Shown: positions 24,301 through 36,300 of the stretch, in pieces
How positions within the stretch are numbered: the stretch's first letter is position 1
Layout of the letters: every line of letters begins with the position of its first letter
Origin: Cetorhinus maximus
Lineage: Eukaryota
Assembly: GCF_964194155.1 (NCBI RefSeq)
Contig: NC_135889.1
Location: 84,444,001 to 84,508,000, forward strand
Direction of reading: 5' to 3'
DNA: 64,000 nt
Notes under the pieces: generated by a model
Database searches by the model: none
Seen by the model: only the letters and a program-made list of their open reading frames with translations
Told to the model about the DNA's origin: nothing
Program-made: the position numbers and the translations under genes

Positions 24301-27300
24301 CCCCATGCCCTACCATCATGCCTGCTCCAGAGGGCTCCATTAAATTCCACACATGAACTCTGTTCCCTTTTTAATAGTGGAAATCTAGAATCCCAACAAG
24401 CTATTGAGGCTAGATAATTTGAAAATTAAAAAATAACTATGATTGCTGGATTTTCATAGGAATGGATATTAAGGGTTGTGGAAAATTAGGTGAGTAAATG
24501 GAGTTGAGATGGAGATCAACTGTGATTTAATTGAATGGTGGAACAGCTTGAGAAGCTGAATTTTTTTTATTTGTTCGTTCATGGGATGTGGGCATCACTG
24601 GCTAGGCCAGCATTTATTGCCCATTCCTAATTGCCCTTGTTTAGAGGGCATTTAAGAGTCAGCTGCATTGTTGTGGGTTTGGAGTCACATGTAAGCCAGA
24701 CCAGGTAAGGACGACAGATTTCCTTCCCTAAAGGACATTAGAGAACCAGATGGGCTTTTACGACAGTCGACAATGGTTTCATGGTCATCATCAGACTTTT
24801 AATTCCAGATTTTTAGTGAATTCAGATTTCACCATCTGCCATGGCGGATTCAAACCCAGGTTCCCAGAGCATTACGCTGGGTCTCTGGATTACCAGCCCA
24901 GTGACAATACCACTAGGCTACCGCCATCCCCCATAGGCCTCATTCTGTTCCGATGTTCCTATCGGGTCTTGAAAATTCCGGAAGGTATCAGTCCACATCC
25001 CAGCCTGGATCTGAAAGCTGTTGAATCTCTTTTTAGCTGCTCCCAGAGTTGCAGTTTGTGCTTCCAAGGAGGATGTGTTACTGGCTGGTCCCGGGTCTTA
25101 GTTGCAGGGTGGTGTAGGGCTTTGGGGAAGAGGGTGTCAGGGGAAGCTGGTTATTGCAGATTCCAATGAAACCTCCACACGTTCCATTGGTCTGCAACAA
25201 AATAAAGCTTCCCGAATGTTGCCACAGAGGATGCTTGTAGAGTTATGGGTGTCAGTTGCTGCACATTTGCAGAGACTCATTTTAGAGTCTCAATATCCTT
25301 CTTTTCAATCAATTGGTAGGGAAGATATTTTTGATAGGACTGTCACAATATATAACTCACTTCTTTCTGTCTCTTTCAGGGGTTCTGCTGTTGCCATGAT
25401 TATTGGCAAAAATGTAGCAAAGTCAAACCATTTTGACCCTATTGTGAAAATGTGGGTTTATGAAGAAATGATAAATGGTAGAAAACTCACAGATATAATA
25501 AACACAGACCACGAAAATGTTAAGTACTTGCCAGGTTATAAGCTTCCAGAAAATGTGGTAAGTCAAAGTTCAAGAAACACTGCACAAAAATTATAAGATT
25601 TTACTTGCCATTTTGTAGCCTGCATGGTATTGTGGTCTTCTCTGATATACTCTCAATATTACCTTTTTAAAGACTTCACAATGACTTCTTAAAAAAAGGA
25701 TCTTGCTAAAACATTGAACTTCAAGGCGGATATGTTTACATAAAATTGCTTTTTTAAATCTTAGGATACAACATATCAGTAAATCACAAAACAAATGTTT
25801 TATTGCTATGGTAGTTGTGATAGTCATTAAAATCATAATAATAATCAGGCATATAGCTTTGGTATTCAAAAGGCACTTTGTGCTGTATGGTACACAACAT
25901 AAGTAAGATGGTACCATTTCAAGTTAAGTCAAATGACTGTCAATTTCTGATTAACAGAAAAATCCCCGATTTTAAGCTAAGAAAAGTTTACATCGTAATG
26001 CCAAGTTATGTGTGATTTAGGAGTAAGATTTAAATTTCAAGGTTGCTTTGTTTAGAAAAAGTTACTATATTCATACAAATTGTGAAAATTGTATTTATGA
26101 ATAAGAAGCTAAGAAAATGGTGGAAGGGAAATGTGTGTTGTAATCAGTTGCTCGTATAACACATAGAGTTAGATGGACTCATAAATGGGAGTTTCTTAAC
26201 TTTGCCCTCGTTCAAAATTTACCAAAGTCTACTTGCAGTTCCACATCAGTTTTCGTGCAAAATGTTCCATTTCCTTTTAACAGATAAGATTAAGTAGAAA
26301 CAAAATGCAACTTTGGACTTTTAAATTAGATTTTAAGATTAGCTATGTTATGAAAACTTATTATATTTTTGTATGAAGTTTAACCAATGTTTATTTTGTG
26401 ATTTTTAAGTAATGGGGCCCCAAGTGTAACATTTAAAATCCTGTTGGGGTGGTTTTAACCCTGCCAGCCTGATGGAAACTTGTAAAGTTCATCATAGGAT
26501 TAAATGGAATATAGGCTCAGAATTTACTGACAACACAAAAGTAGGGAGTTAGGGAAATAATGAACAACTATGAAATACTTCAGGTTATCAGAATAAGCAG
26601 AGCTTTGAAAGATACAACTTAATGTGGATATGTGTAAGGTAGTAGATTTTGAGAAAAAATATATATGAAATGAGTCTATAGAATCAAAGGGCAGAATTTT
26701 ACAATTCGCCGCCAGCAGGTTTGCAGGTGTGGCCCATAAAATTCCGTGGGTGCCCTACCTGCAGCCTATCCGCCTACCCCCGACCTGACAGCAATCGAGG
26801 CCCTTAAGTGACCACTTAAGGGCCGAGTGCTGCCTGACTGAAATTTTTAGATCCATGCATGGAGGCCCCCCACCCAGGGCCTCCTTTTCTGGTCCTGTCG
26901 AGAGATCCTCAGACTTACCTGCCTCCTGGGCTCCCGGCACGTTGTTCTGTGGCCACCGTTCCCAGTGGTACTGCTGGGACTAGAGAACTGCCAGCCAATC
27001 AGATTGGGCAGCAACTCTCTGCGGGGTGGGACTTCCTTCCCAGATGGGGGTGAAAAGCCCGCTTCCAGCCATATAACGTTTCAGAGCATTAAATGATTGC
27101 GGGGCAGCTGGCAGGAGCCAGGACGTGTTCCCTGCCAACTTCTTCAGTAGCTGGGCGGGAAACACCATCATCCAAAAAATTCTGCCCATAGAACAATAAA
27201 GCACATTTGGCCCATCATATCTATACCAGCTCTTGGGTAGAGTATTCAATGAGTTCCACTCCTTTGTACTTCCCCTTTGGCCCTGCAATTTTTCCCTTCA

Positions 27301-30300
27301 AGTATTTATCTAATTCCCCTTTAGAAGTTACTATGGAATCTGCTTCCACCATCCATTCGGCCAGTGCATTCCAGGATCACAATAATTCACTGTGTTAAAA
27401 ATTTCTGTGACACCTGATAAACCTTTTTTCTGGCTGTTAAAAACATGTATTAATAACATCTTTGTGGGAAAAAAAAACTGTTATATTCTAGTGACAGGCA
27501 GAAATGGAGTTGTATACCTAATGGAAAGACACTGAAGGGTATAGATGACAGAGACCCCCAAAGTTCAGGTACATAATCCGCAAAAAAGTGTGAATGTTGG
27601 TCGATTAAGCCATAAAATAAGTCAATAACATTTAGGGTTTATAAATCAGTAACGCAGAATACATGAGTAAGGAAGCAATGATAAATTTATACTAAATATT
27701 GTTTAGGCAACAGTTAGAATCATCCGTTTAGTTTGAGATCTATATGCACTGGGTTTCAAATATCACAGTTAGAGCGTTGGGCACCGAAATACAAAAAAAA
27801 CATTCAAATCACTGAGCGTGTACTGTGTAGATTCATCGGGATGATCCCAGGATGCAAAACTATAGCTATGAGGAGGGATGAGGTACTGTGTCTAATTCTA
27901 CTAGTTCAAAGAAAGCTATGAGGAGATTTAGTAGAATTTTTAAAAAAGTACATAGCTGGTTTTGATAGTGGATAGGAAATTATTATTTCTTCTGGAAGAG
28001 GCATTAGTGACAAAAGGTTACCAATTTTAAATTATTACTAAGAAAGGAGAGTGGTTTGGAGAAATGTGCTTACACCAGGGTTGTTGGAGCATGAAATGTT
28101 TTGCTGAAGGGTGTGGTTGAGGCATTTTTAGAGACGACTGGATAAACATTTGGAGCAGGTGAAAATACAGGGTTAGGGGAAGAGAGCAGGGCAGTGGAAT
28201 TCGTCTTGGATTGCTCTAGAAAACAGCTCGTGCACACATGACGGGTCAAATAGCAACTTGTGCTATAAATATCAGTGGTTCTTTTGCCCGTCTTTGCTTT
28301 GCAAATATACATTGTATTGAGGAGGTAGAATTTCTGATAGCAGTGCTCTTCCAAGATCTTGTGAGATTATATTGGTATTTTTGAATTTTAGCAGGCTGGT
28401 ACTGTCTATTTAATACGAACAGAATGTGTAATGGTTATCTGCCTTGCGGGGATCTCTCAGACTGCAAGACTAACCCTTTTAACTAACTGCATTCCAGAAT
28501 GCATGTAATAGGTCTTCCACCATATTAGATGTTAGCTTGATTGATGGTTTACTCACAGGTTTATACCTATACTTTTCAAATTCTTTTTGGTAAAGTCCAA
28601 CAATATAAATAACTTCCAACTTGTTGAATCATTTTTGGCACTCAGTTTGCAAATTATTTCCTATTTTATAGATCGCTGTGCCAAACATCACTGAAGCTTC
28701 AGATGGAGCAGATATATTTGTCTTTGTTTTACCCCATCAGTTTATTGGGTCACTTTGTGATAAAATGAAAAATCATGTGAAGGCTGATGCAATTGGAATT
28801 TCACTGATAAAGGTAAAGTTTGAGAATTCAATGAATACAAAAGATCTTGGATTTATTTTTGTAACAGACCTGTGCTGCTGATTTATTTTTTTACTTCATT
28901 ACTCTTTTTCAAATGTAATTTAGAATTTGTTGTCTTTGCACTTTCAGACTGTTACATCTGTTTCTTTCTTCATAGCTGTAGAAATGAGACATTTACAACA
29001 GATCTTTTCTAAAATAGTCACTGGGATTGATACAGGAAGTGTTTACAGCAAGAACATTATTTCATGGTTTCTTAATGTGTGGCTTATATCTGAGTGTTAA
29101 CAAGAAGGATCTATTATACTAGTATTTTTAAGAAACTGAAAATGATTTGAATCATGTACTTTAATACTATTCTATTGCATTATTTCCAGTGCTGCCATAC
29201 TTTATAATTTGCCACTCTTAATCATATTTTGTTTTATTGATGTATAATGTCTAAGAAACTATTTGTGAATTACTTCCTGCTGGACCTGCTGAAGTAGTTT
29301 TTTTTTCAGATGTAAGTACAGAAACAAAAGGCACCACCAATTTAACAGGCACTGCCACTGCTATGTTAATTATTAAGCTTTTACCTTTGGACGAAGTCTT
29401 GTTCATAATTATCTGAGATAACAAGTCTTGGTCATTTTTCCTTGTGACATGACTGAAACCCTATTTATCACAATGTGACTATGTACTATCTTGAAAAAAA
29501 TTGCTTTGCGTTCCAGTTCTAGGTGTGGTTTCAAAAAAATCTAGGGGTGGAATTTGGTTTCGACTGGTTTCGTGGTGGGCGGGAGTGGAAAATTTTCCCC
29601 TCGCCACTTTCACAATGGGATTATGGCAGCTCGGCTTCCCCGCTGTTTCATATCGGGAATTCCATTTGTATGCATTAGCATGTCATGAATACTCATTAAA
29701 AACGCAACTTGCCAGAATCACATTCCCCTCCCAATTATGTGCCACGCCAGTGGCAAATTAGACCGGTCTAAATCACAATCAGATATAAGTGGTGTGCAGC
29801 TGTCCACCCTCATTTCACTTGAGACTTTGAGGTGAGTGCAACATTCAAAGTCTGTCTGCAACAGCGCTGCTCCAGTTCCTCAGCAATGCCAGTGTTAGCC
29901 CAGACTGGTGGGGGTGTATGGTGGGGCTGCCTCGAGTGTTGAGCTGGGCTGCTCATCGTGCTGTATCAGATGTTGACTGAGCTGCTCATGGTGGCTGCCT
30001 GTGCGCTCAACGGAGATCAGCACAGCTTGGTGTGAGCAGAACATGGTCATAGTCTCATAGTCGGGGGTGTCTGACTTGGTACTGGGCTGCAGATGGGATG
30101 GTCATTGTCAGGGGAGGTATCTGTAGCCTGTAAATGGGGATGACGTAATAAAGGGAAAGGGGTACTCAAAACTCTCCTGGCGGGCTTGTGCCGGGGGGGG
30201 GGGGTCACCTTTGTATGTGACCATGCATACAGCCTCAAGATGGGGAGATGTGAAGTCCGCATGGGACATGGGTACATTGACAACGATGGGTTCGGGGGTA

Positions 30301-33300
30301 GGGGCAGGAATGTCCACTACAATGACAGTGGGATCCAGGGTTACTGGGGGCGGCTGCAGAATAACCGGAGGAAGTTCAACCTGCACATTGTGAGGCTCCA
30401 GGAAGATTAGGGGGACTCGAACTCTGACAGAGGGTCAAAGTTGGTCTCAAAGTAAAAATGCAGCACCACCATCTTGAGACCCTGAAGTTATGATACAGTT
30501 TAAAATCAAAACTGGAAAAGAATCTGCAAGGGAGGAGCCTGAGGCAGTGTAGGAGGAGCCCACAGCTGGACTCAGGGGCCCCAGTAGGAGGCACCCTCAC
30601 ACTGCTCAGTGTAACAACATGGAAATGGAGTCTGAGCTGACAGAACTCAGGAAGAGTTTATTGAGAAGGTGCAATTGGAGCCACTGAAAGTTGGAGCGCT
30701 TTAATGTGAGACTGCAGGAGTCATTGGGTTCACACTGAAGTTGATCAATTTGAGTATTAACAGAGAGGAATGTGAGAATGGAAGATGCGGCCAACCATGA
30801 AGGGAGCACAGCTGCTGGATATCTGCAAGATGACCAATGAAAGCCTCTAAGGTGCTTTCCGCAATTGGCATGGCTTCCAGTCATTCCAAAAGTGCAGGTT
30901 AGGCACAAAAAATATGCCAGATCGGACATTGTAGGAGTGCATTAGGTAGGGTTGAAATATCCAGGGTGCACTCAAGCCTCTTCCAACCTCTCTGAGATTA
31001 AGATGTCAAGTAGCTGGGGTGTCATCTTGGTCACTTAGATCTGTGAGGTATGCCTCAGCTGGAATGCTGGATCCGGGAAAGGCAAATAGTGCAAATCCAT
31101 CTCTAGGGCATGATAGTGGCTTTCTATTCTCGATTGGAAGATCTACTTTGGTTGTCCATTACTCTTTATTCTGCTGGCTCTATCTGTCCACAAGGAGAAG
31201 GAGGATTGCATAATGGATCCTGCGCTCAATGCTGCCTTCTTGATGGCTGTGATCAGATTGAAGAGGAAGAGAAGAAGGACCCAGCGCCACCTAGCGCAAT
31301 TGCGAGAAGCCCAGCCTGAGGACCATGGTCCAGGGGATGAGGATGAGGATGAGGATGAGGAGGTCAGACCCATCCCATGGAGGCGGCTTGCATGATCAAG
31401 TGTCTACTGAAGACGCTGTTCTTATCTGGAGATGAGCACGAGAATGCCATGCACTTATACATTTGTCAAGATATGTGGTGGTTCATATCTGTCACATTCT
31501 GTGGGAGGAGCTAACACCACATGGACCAGGAGGACATCCCCTGCCAGTGCCCCTGAAGGTCACAGCCACACTTAGTTGTTTTGCCACCGATTTGTTCCAG
31601 GGTTCCACAGGGGACCAATGTGGCATTTCTCAGTGCTCAGCACATAAATGTATCAAGGAGGTGACAGATGCCCTCTACCGTAAGGCTCATCATTGTGTGA
31701 AGTTCACACTGGATGAAGCTAGTCACTGCCATCAAGAAGGCAGCATTGAGCGCAGGATCCATTATGCAATCCTCCTTCTCCCTGTGGACAGACAGAGCCA
31801 ACAGATTAAAGAGTAATGGACAACTATAGTAGATCTTCCAATCAAGAATAGAAAGCCACTATCATTCCCCTAGAGATGGATTTGCACTACTCGCCTTTCC
31901 CAGCTCCAGCATTCCAGCTGAGGCATACCTCACAGATCTAAGTGACCAAGATGACACCCCAGCTACTTGACAGCTAGCCAGGCTGCCATATTCCTGGGTT
32001 TCGCTGCAATCTCTGACTTCCCTAGAGTACAGGGTGTGATCGATTGCACACAAGTGTCTTTAAGAGCTCCATGACAGCAGCCCCTGATGTTCCTTAACAG
32101 GAAAGGGTTCCACTCAGTAAATGTTCAGCTGTGTGCGATCATCAGAAGCACATCATGCATGTTTGTGTCAGGCACCTTGGGAGTTCCCATGACTCATACA
32201 CCCTGAGGCACTTAGTAAGTGGCGTGTAAGCGGCACTTACAGACCAGTTGCTTGGTGATAAGGGGTACCCGCTGAAACGTTGGCTCGTGACTCCCGTGCG
32301 TTGACCTCAAAGTGCAGGGAGGAAAGATACAACATGGCTAAGCGGTGCATAATTTGACAAGATCCATCATAGAGCAGACCATTGACATCCTGAAGATGTG
32401 CTTCCGATGCTTGGATTGTTCAGGTGGGGCTCTGCAGTACTCTCCAGAGAGGGTGTCCCACATCATTGTAGTCTGTTGCGCCCTGTAAAACTTGGTGCTT
32501 CAAAGGGGAGATCATTTGCCAGCGGGCGTAATGGAGGAGGCTGAGAACTCCTTGGACAATGAAGAACTGCAAGGGCAGGAACCTGAAGAGGATGATGGTG
32601 GGGAGCTTCCTTGTGAGGATACAATTGAAGCCACAAGATGTGAAAGACGTGGCCATGACACACTCACAGTCACAAGGTTCCAGGAGGAGTAAAGTGCAGG
32701 CCAGGGTACCTAAAGCCATTTCTTCTGTCCATTAATGGCATCCCAGTGATCTGAAAGGCCTTTACAAACACTGACATCGAGAGCAATGTCAGCATTGGGC
32801 CTTGGATCTCCACCCTCATGTTTCACCAGGCTCTAATCTTTAGAAAGGTCAAAGCTGTACGCAGCCGCTCTATGAAGTGAAAGGCAGCGCACCAGCACAA
32901 AGCCTGCGTCAAGTGGACTCGATGCACCCGTGGCCTCTTGAATAAGAGGCTTGTTGCTGCCACAGAGATGCACACATGACTGGAGAGACCATCATGGCTA
33001 CAGGCACAAACAATGAAGACAACTATTTGATAATGAGGCAACATAAGTGGTAACCCTTCAATGCAATTGAGTACACATAACTGCATGGTGTCTTTGAATT
33101 AATATCACTTCCTAACACAATTTTCAGTCATAAAGAGGTTGACACATCTCCCTGATATTAGACAAGGGGTGAGTAACTAACATGAGTCAGCTGGACGTCA
33201 CATGAATGTGAGACTCACAAAGGGAGGCAATCATGGAGTGGGAGCTTGGGTCACCCTCACAATAAGAAGTCACATAAATACACATGCAGGATGCATTCAG

Positions 33301-36300
33301 ATGATGACACCATTGTCATAAACAGCAAATGTATTTACAAAGCTGCTTGATATATACAGTGAGTGAACACCCATGACCCAAAAGTGATATCAAGGTTTCT
33401 TAATCTTTCTAACCCTACTGCTACGTCTTGGTGCATCCCCGATATCCGCAGCAGAGGTGGAGGCAGCCTGCTGACTGCTACGCCCTGTTGTCTTTGATGA
33501 CCTTGGAGGGCCCTGGCCTCCTTTGGGTCTCCTACTGTGAGGCAGGTGCACCCTCCTCAGCCTGTGGAGATGTAAGTGATGGGGTCAAAGGCAGAGGGGA
33601 TTGGGATCAGCTGAACACTCGCAGAGTCACTTGGGTGGATGGCCTCAGGGTGTCTAGCTGCTGGTCCTTCTCCCTGTGGTGCCTGACTCTTTGAGGAGAA
33701 GGTAGTCTAGGTGCCCTGCCCCACTCTTGCCTAGCCACTGGTGGATCCCAGCAATGCCAATACCAATGGAGCGCAAGTCCAAATGCAAATCCGGCAGAAC
33801 CTGCTGGATTAAAGTCTCCAAGGCAGCCGCTACCCTTCACATGGAGACCCCGAGGAACCTGCATGTCGGAGCCACGACATCAGACGGATTGCAGACAGAC
33901 TCCTCCATCCTTCGCTCTAGTCTGTTGACAGCCCCTTGCAACTCTGATGTACTGCTGCCTGTCTTTGTATCTCCAGCATGTTTGCGATGGCCACTTCTAG
34001 AGACTCATCATCTGACTCAGGCTCAGTGGTGGCTGTTCTCGAGTAGTCCTCCGAGTGCCAGAGACCTGGGCTGTCATTGCCTCTGATTGTTGTGGAGTCA
34101 TGTCAATTAGGTGTTCCTCAGAATGTGACCCTGAGTCTAATCTAGAACTATGACCCACCAGGGTGTGTGTCTCTGCACAGGTGGAGGGTGTAGGTGAATG
34201 CTGTGACAGGTCTTCTTCAAATGGTTCCTCAGCATCCACCTCTGAGATGGCCTGAGGGCTGGGGCTTATGTTGCCTGTGCTGTTCTGTCTGAACCTGCTG
34301 CTGTCTGTAAGAGATGGAAGATAGATTTAGCTCATGAACAGGTTAAATACAACATTGCATGTCACTCACTGTGAATGTGAGAATGTGATCAACTCATGGA
34401 GGGCTCGTCCGCACTGGCTTGCTGCGAGAGGCCAATCTCACCTTCGTCACAGGAGTGACCTCTGTCCATGCCCGCCAACGGCGGCATTCTCCTCAAATTT
34501 GGAGAGCTCTTGGATGTTGGTTGCCCCTCCTCCAGTCTGGGATCTCTCCCTCCTGTTCTAGGCAAGCTTGGCCTGCATGAAGACAAATGGATGGGATGTG
34601 ATGAGAAGGGATGGAGCAGAGGTTGGGAAGCATGCCTGCTGTACGTGCTGAACTCCCACACCCCAGGCCCCTCCCCCCTGCCGCCCCAAGTAGGGCTGAA
34701 GATTGTGCAGGATGATAGATGATTTGCTGGTGAATAGGCTTTCAATGCTGATATTCTCCCCCACTAATATTGTGTGAGATCCCTAAGATGTGTGACACTT
34801 TGAGCGCATGATGCCATTGTGAGAGTGAGAGTTTGGAGTGAGCTGAACGTTGACTTACCCTGGCGGTGTGGATCAGATCATTCATCTTCTTCCTGCACTG
34901 GACAGCATTTCTCTGGCAGTTGCCCGTGGAGCAGACCTCCTTCGAGACCGCTTCCCAGGCCAGCCAGGTGAGATTGGTGGACCTCCTGGATCCATCCCTG
35001 GGAAAAAGGACCTCCTGGTGCTGGCGGACTTATCTAGTTAAAGCCTCCAGGGGCCGTGACTAAATCTTAGCGCACTCTACTTATTCCTCGGGACCATCTC
35101 CGGAACTTCCAACCATACAGCTGGGCTGCAAAGAGTAATGCCTGTGTTTGGTTGGGATTTAATTATGGCTCCAGGAATTCGGCCCCATGAGGGTGCGGCA
35201 GACGGATCACCCCGCCACGTGATTCAGCGAGCAGCTCGCCAGTGCATAATTAATGAGGTTTCAAGCGGAAGATCAGGCATGGGAACCCAACCTGCCAATC
35301 AGCGGGATACTCACCTCTAATCCCGCCTGTCACTGCACCTAGTCTCTGGAGTGGAAAATTCCAACCTGCATTTTCCTCTATGCTCTGCTTCAATAAGATG
35401 TTCAAGTTCATTTTCTTAATCCCATACTTAAATGTATTTGCAGTACTACTCTGTACAAAGTAATACGATACGGTAGCTTATTTGTATATTTAAACCTAAT
35501 GGCTAATTTAGTGTTAGAAACTACACTATTGAATATTAGTACAGGAAGTAATGAGAAGCGCTTCTTATATCAATCATTTTAAAACTTCCCCAAATCGGAC
35601 ACTTTTGATGATGTAGCAGGTTAATTGCTAATTTTGCACTTATGAGGGTGTGAAAAAGAAATGGAGACTTTGAGAAAAACATAGGACAAGTGTCCCTAAT
35701 TTAAAAAAACCCTTTTGTATTCAGAAGACTCAATGCAGTTTTATTCCTTGGAACAATTTTTGCACCAGTGCCGATGTTTTATCTCCTAACGAGGCCTCAT
35801 TTTCCAAGGTTTTCTTTGTCTATGATGATGCAAGAGTTCAAATGTGCAGTACTCTTTCAGTATTGTATTCAAGTATCCATTTAGATTATGCACTCCAGTC
35901 CAGGAATGAGGCAAAAGTGCTAGCAACTGAGCCAAGTTAACACTTGAAGATTAAACCTCTACACAATTAACTCTTGCTGCTCTGGAGAGAACATGACCAT
36001 GGCTGCAGTGGGTGTGGTGGTGAATTTGTGGGGAAGAGCAGACAGCGGCCCTGAACATGTTCGGGTTTCATTTCATAACTGAACAATATTACATAGTTAA
36101 TTTTGGAAAACCTAGATGCAGAACTACTTTTGGAGTTCCAGAGAGAAACATCAAAAACTAATTTTTGAATTCACTTACGGCATTGTTACATATAGTGACC
36201 GGCATTTCTTCTAGCCTTGCCTTATGGTCTCCATTTAGGTCTGAGATGAGGAGACATTTCTTTTTTCAGAGCATAATAAATGTTTGGAATTCTCAACTCC

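Larger units (their letters stand above)
20251..24352. mobile_element. PIF/Harbinger DNA transposon B in intron 1 of the GPD1-family gene (transposase +, Myb/SANT-like gene -, convergent)
   Basis: Left end tta|cggccagaattt, degenerate right end aaattccacac. Transposase ORFs at 20572-21675 and 21600-21824; Myb/SANT ORF at 23673-24215. Confidence 0.9.
29544..35366. mobile_element. PIF/Harbinger DNA transposon C in intron 3 of the GPD1-family gene (~5.8 kb)
   Basis: TIRs gggtggaattt (29545) and aaaattccaacc (35355-35366); transposase remnants on + (31213-32692) and spliced Myb/SANT-like remnants on - (~33420-35097). Confidence 0.88.

Noticed and set aside
24855-24932. tRNA-like A/B boxes
   Set aside because: Head of a SINE, not a tRNA gene; no complete cloverleaf.
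25102-25379. N-terminal extension of the ORF containing GPD1 exon 2
   Set aside because: Intronic read-through upstream of a clear polypyrimidine/AG acceptor; the true exon 1 is at 18331.
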